Below, piece by piece: positions 61,759 through 64,000 of a stretch of DNA of 64,000 nt; positions within the stretch are counted from its first letter, which is position 1; each line of letters begins with the position of its first letter. The translations under genes were made by a program, and so were the position numbers. The notes under the pieces are model-generated. The model saw nothing but the letters and a program-made list of their open reading frames with translations, was not told the origin of the DNA and did not search any database. This DNA comes from a bacterium. GTDB lineage: Bacteria; Synergistota; GBS-1. The stretch is from NCBI GenBank assembly GCA_030153785.1, contig JASKLF010000008.1, positions 23,753-87,752 on the forward strand. Direction: 5' to 3'.

Positions 61759-63870
61759 ATGTCTGAAAAGAGCGTGGTTTCAGGAAGAGAATATACAATC
61801 GAGAAACTAAGAAATATCGGTATAGCGGCCCACATAGATGCGGGCAAAACTACTACAACCGAGAGAATTTTATTTTATACTGGTCGAATACGTAAAATAG
61901 GAGAAGTTGATGAAGGCACAGCTACTATGGATTGGATGGTTCAGGAGCAGGAAAGGGGAATAACCATAACTGCTGCAGCCACTACGTGTTATTGGAAGGG
62001 GTATTGTATAAATATTATCGATACGCCCGGGCATGTGGACTTTACTGTAGAGGTGGAAAGGGCTCTTCGTGTGTTGGATGGTGTTATAGCGATCTTTTGT
62101 GCTGTTGGGGGAGTTGAGCCTCAATCTGAAACGGTGTGGAGGCAAGCAGATAAGTATCGTGTTCCAAGGATAGCATACGTCAATAAAATGGACAGAATAG
62201 GGGCAGACTTTATGGGTGTAGTGGAGCAGATAAGGAAGAGGCTGGGAGCTAATCCTGTTCCGATTCAATTGCCATTAGGTAGTGAGGAGAACTTTAAAGG
62301 AATTATAGACCTTATAAAGATGAAAGCTTTGGTTTATTTAGATGAGCTTGGAACCCAGTATTCGTATGTAGATATACCTCCTGAGCTTTTAGATGAAGCT
62401 ATGGAAAAAAGAGAGGAACTTATTTCTGCGGTTGCGGAATTTGATGATAATATAGCAGAAAAATATCTTGCAGAACAGCCAATATCCGAGGGAGAAATTA
62501 AAGCAGCTTTAAGAAGGGCATCTCTGGAGTTAAAGGTTGTTCCTGTGCTTTGTGGTTCTTCTTTTAAAAACAAGGGGGTTCAACCGTTATTAGATGCTGT
62601 TATAGATTATCTTCCGTCTCCTTTGGATATTCCTCCTGTTAGAGGTATCAATCCTGTTACGGGTGAAGTTGAAGAAAGAAGGCCTTTTGATGATGAACCT
62701 TTCTCCGCTTTAGCCTTTAAGGTGATGGTAGACCCTTATGTGGGGAAGCTTGTTTTTTGTAGAGTGTATTCGGGAACCATAAGCGCGGGTAGTTACGTGC
62801 AAAACTTTACAAAGGATAAGAGAGAAAGAGTCTCAAGGATTTTAAGGATGCACGCTAATAAAAGGGAGGATATAAAAGAAGCTGGTCCAGGCATGATCAT
62901 TGCTCTACCTGCTTTAAGATTTACTGTTACAGGTGATACTTTAGGTGATCCAAATCATCCTATATTGCTTGAGAAGATGACTTTCCCAGAGCCGGTAGTT
63001 TCAATGGCTATAGAACCTAAGACCCAAGCTGACCAAGTTAAGCTTTCAGAAGCGCTTCAATGGCTTAGTGAGGAAGACCCCACTTTTAGGGTTAGGTATG
63101 ATGAAGAAACAGGTCAAACGCTGATATGGGGTATGGGTGAGCTTCACCTTGAAATAATTGCTGACAGGCTCGTAAGAGAGTTTAAAGTTGGTATAAAACT
63201 TGGGAAACCTCAAGTCGCTTACAAGGAGTCTATAAGGAAACCAGCAGAGGCAGAAGGAAAGTTTGTTAGACAGAGTGGAGGAAGAGGTCAGTACGGTCAT
63301 GTGTGGTTGAGAATAGAGCCCTTACCAGGATATACTGGCTTTGAATTTGAAGATCGAACAGTAGGTGGTTGTATTCCAAAGGAGTTTATCCCTGCTGTGG
63401 AGAAGGGTATAAGGGAAGCTTTAACGGCAGGTGTAGTGGCAGGATATATGGTTACAGGAGTTAAAGCTATCGTCTTTGATGGCTCGTATCATGAGGTGGA
63501 TTCTTCAGAATTGGCTTTTAAGATAGCTGCTTCTATTGCTTTTAAGGAGGCCATGAAAAAGGCAGATCCATTCTTACTAGAACCTATAATGGAAGTAGAG
63601 GTTGTTTTACCAGAACAGTATATAGGGGATGTTATAGGAGATTTAACCAGTAGAAGAGGGAAAATTGAGTTAATAGATCAGAAAGGGAGTACGAGGATTG
63701 TAAAGGCTTTGGTTCCTTTAGCTGAAATGTTCGGTTATGCTACTGTCCTAAGATCGAAAACTCAGGGGAGAGCAACTTATACGATGAAATTCGCCAAGTA
63801 TGAGGAAGTGCCTGTTGAAATAGCTGAGAAATTATTGGCTAAGGGAGCTTTAGGCTCGAAGGTGAAATAA
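61759..63870 (+). CDS. fusA: Elongation factor G
   Basis: [47 protein letters not shown] and [12 protein letters not shown]. Confidence 0.99.
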   Translation: MSEKSVVSGREYTIEKLRNIGIAAHIDAGKTTTTERILFYTGRIRKIGEVDEGTATMDWMVQEQERGITITAAATTCYWKGYCINIIDTPGHVDFTVEVERALRVLDGVIAIFCAVGGVEPQSETVWRQADKYRVPRIAYVNKMDRIGADFMGVVEQIRKRLGANPVPIQLPLGSEENFKGIIDLIKMKALVYLDELGTQYSYVDIPPELLDEAMEKREELISAVAEFDDNIAEKYLAEQPISEGEIKAALRRASLELKVVPVLCGSSFKNKGVQPLLDAVIDYLPSPLDIPPVRGINPVTGEVEERRPFDDEPFSALAFKVMVDPYVGKLVFCRVYSGTISAGSYVQNFTKDKRERVSRILRMHANKREDIKEAGPGMIIALPALRFTVTGDTLGDPNHPILLEKMTFPEPVVSMAIEPKTQADQVKLSEALQWLSEEDPTFRVRYDEETGQTLIWGMGELHLEIIADRLVREFKVGIKLGKPQVAYKESIRKPAEAEGKFVRQSGGRGQYGHVWLRIEPLPGYTGFEFEDRTVGGCIPKEFIPAVEKGIREALTAGVVAGYMVTGVKAIVFDGSYHEVDSSELAFKIAASIAFKEAMKKADPFLLEPIMEVEVVLPEQYIGDVIGDLTSRRGKIELIDQKGSTRIVKALVPLAEMFGYATVLRSKTQGRATYTMKFAKYEEVPVEIAEKLLAKGALGSKVK

Positions 63871-63888
63871 AATTAATCTTCGAAATAA

Positions 63889-64000
<112 letters not shown>

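Noticed and set aside
175..63300. The many 60-230 aa minus-strand and alternate-frame ORFs in the track (e.g. 6173-6853, 20445-20996, 35679-36260, 46865-47509)
   Set aside because: They are shadows of well-supported plus-strand genes, with no recognisable motifs.

Overview
A gene-dense, almost entirely plus-strand core-chromosome segment of an anaerobic, probably thermophilic bacterium. It combines an outer-membrane secretin (PilQ) with Firmicutes-like gene order, which suggests a Synergistota-like diderm (inference). In order it holds: a type IV pilus cluster (pilQ-pilB-pilT-pilC); translation, tRNA-modification and repair genes (nusB, ttcA-like, alaS, yqgF, mutSL, miaA, ispH, rpsA, def, fmt); a four-subunit 2-oxoacid:ferredoxin oxidoreductase; nucleoside salvage genes; a Mo/W-cofactor cluster; rapZ-yvcK-whiA; rplU-prp-rpmA-obg-nadD-LCP-rsfS; and the start of the str operon (rpsL-rpsG-fusA-tuf). 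I saw no tRNA, rRNA, CRISPR array, IS element or prophage. The most striking element is absent from the ORF track: a self-contained module at about 58.9-60.8 kb. It has a sigma70 promoter, a 24-codon leader peptide with three tandem Trp codons, and a full set of mutually exclusive anti-antiterminator, antiterminator and terminator stems. Downstream lie a 30-aa membrane microprotein and a sodium:solute symporter, so this is a predicted Trp-attenuated two-subunit Trp uptake system. Other oddities are a glycogen-debranching homolog that appears to lack its catalytic Asp, a LarE-like CxxC...C PP-loop protein coupled to TtcA, a probable CTG-initiated MoeA-PBP gene, a PilT with a GKN Walker A, a CsoR/RcnR-like operator, and orphan archease and TAXI genes. 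All family calls come from reading motifs by eye; no database search was run.
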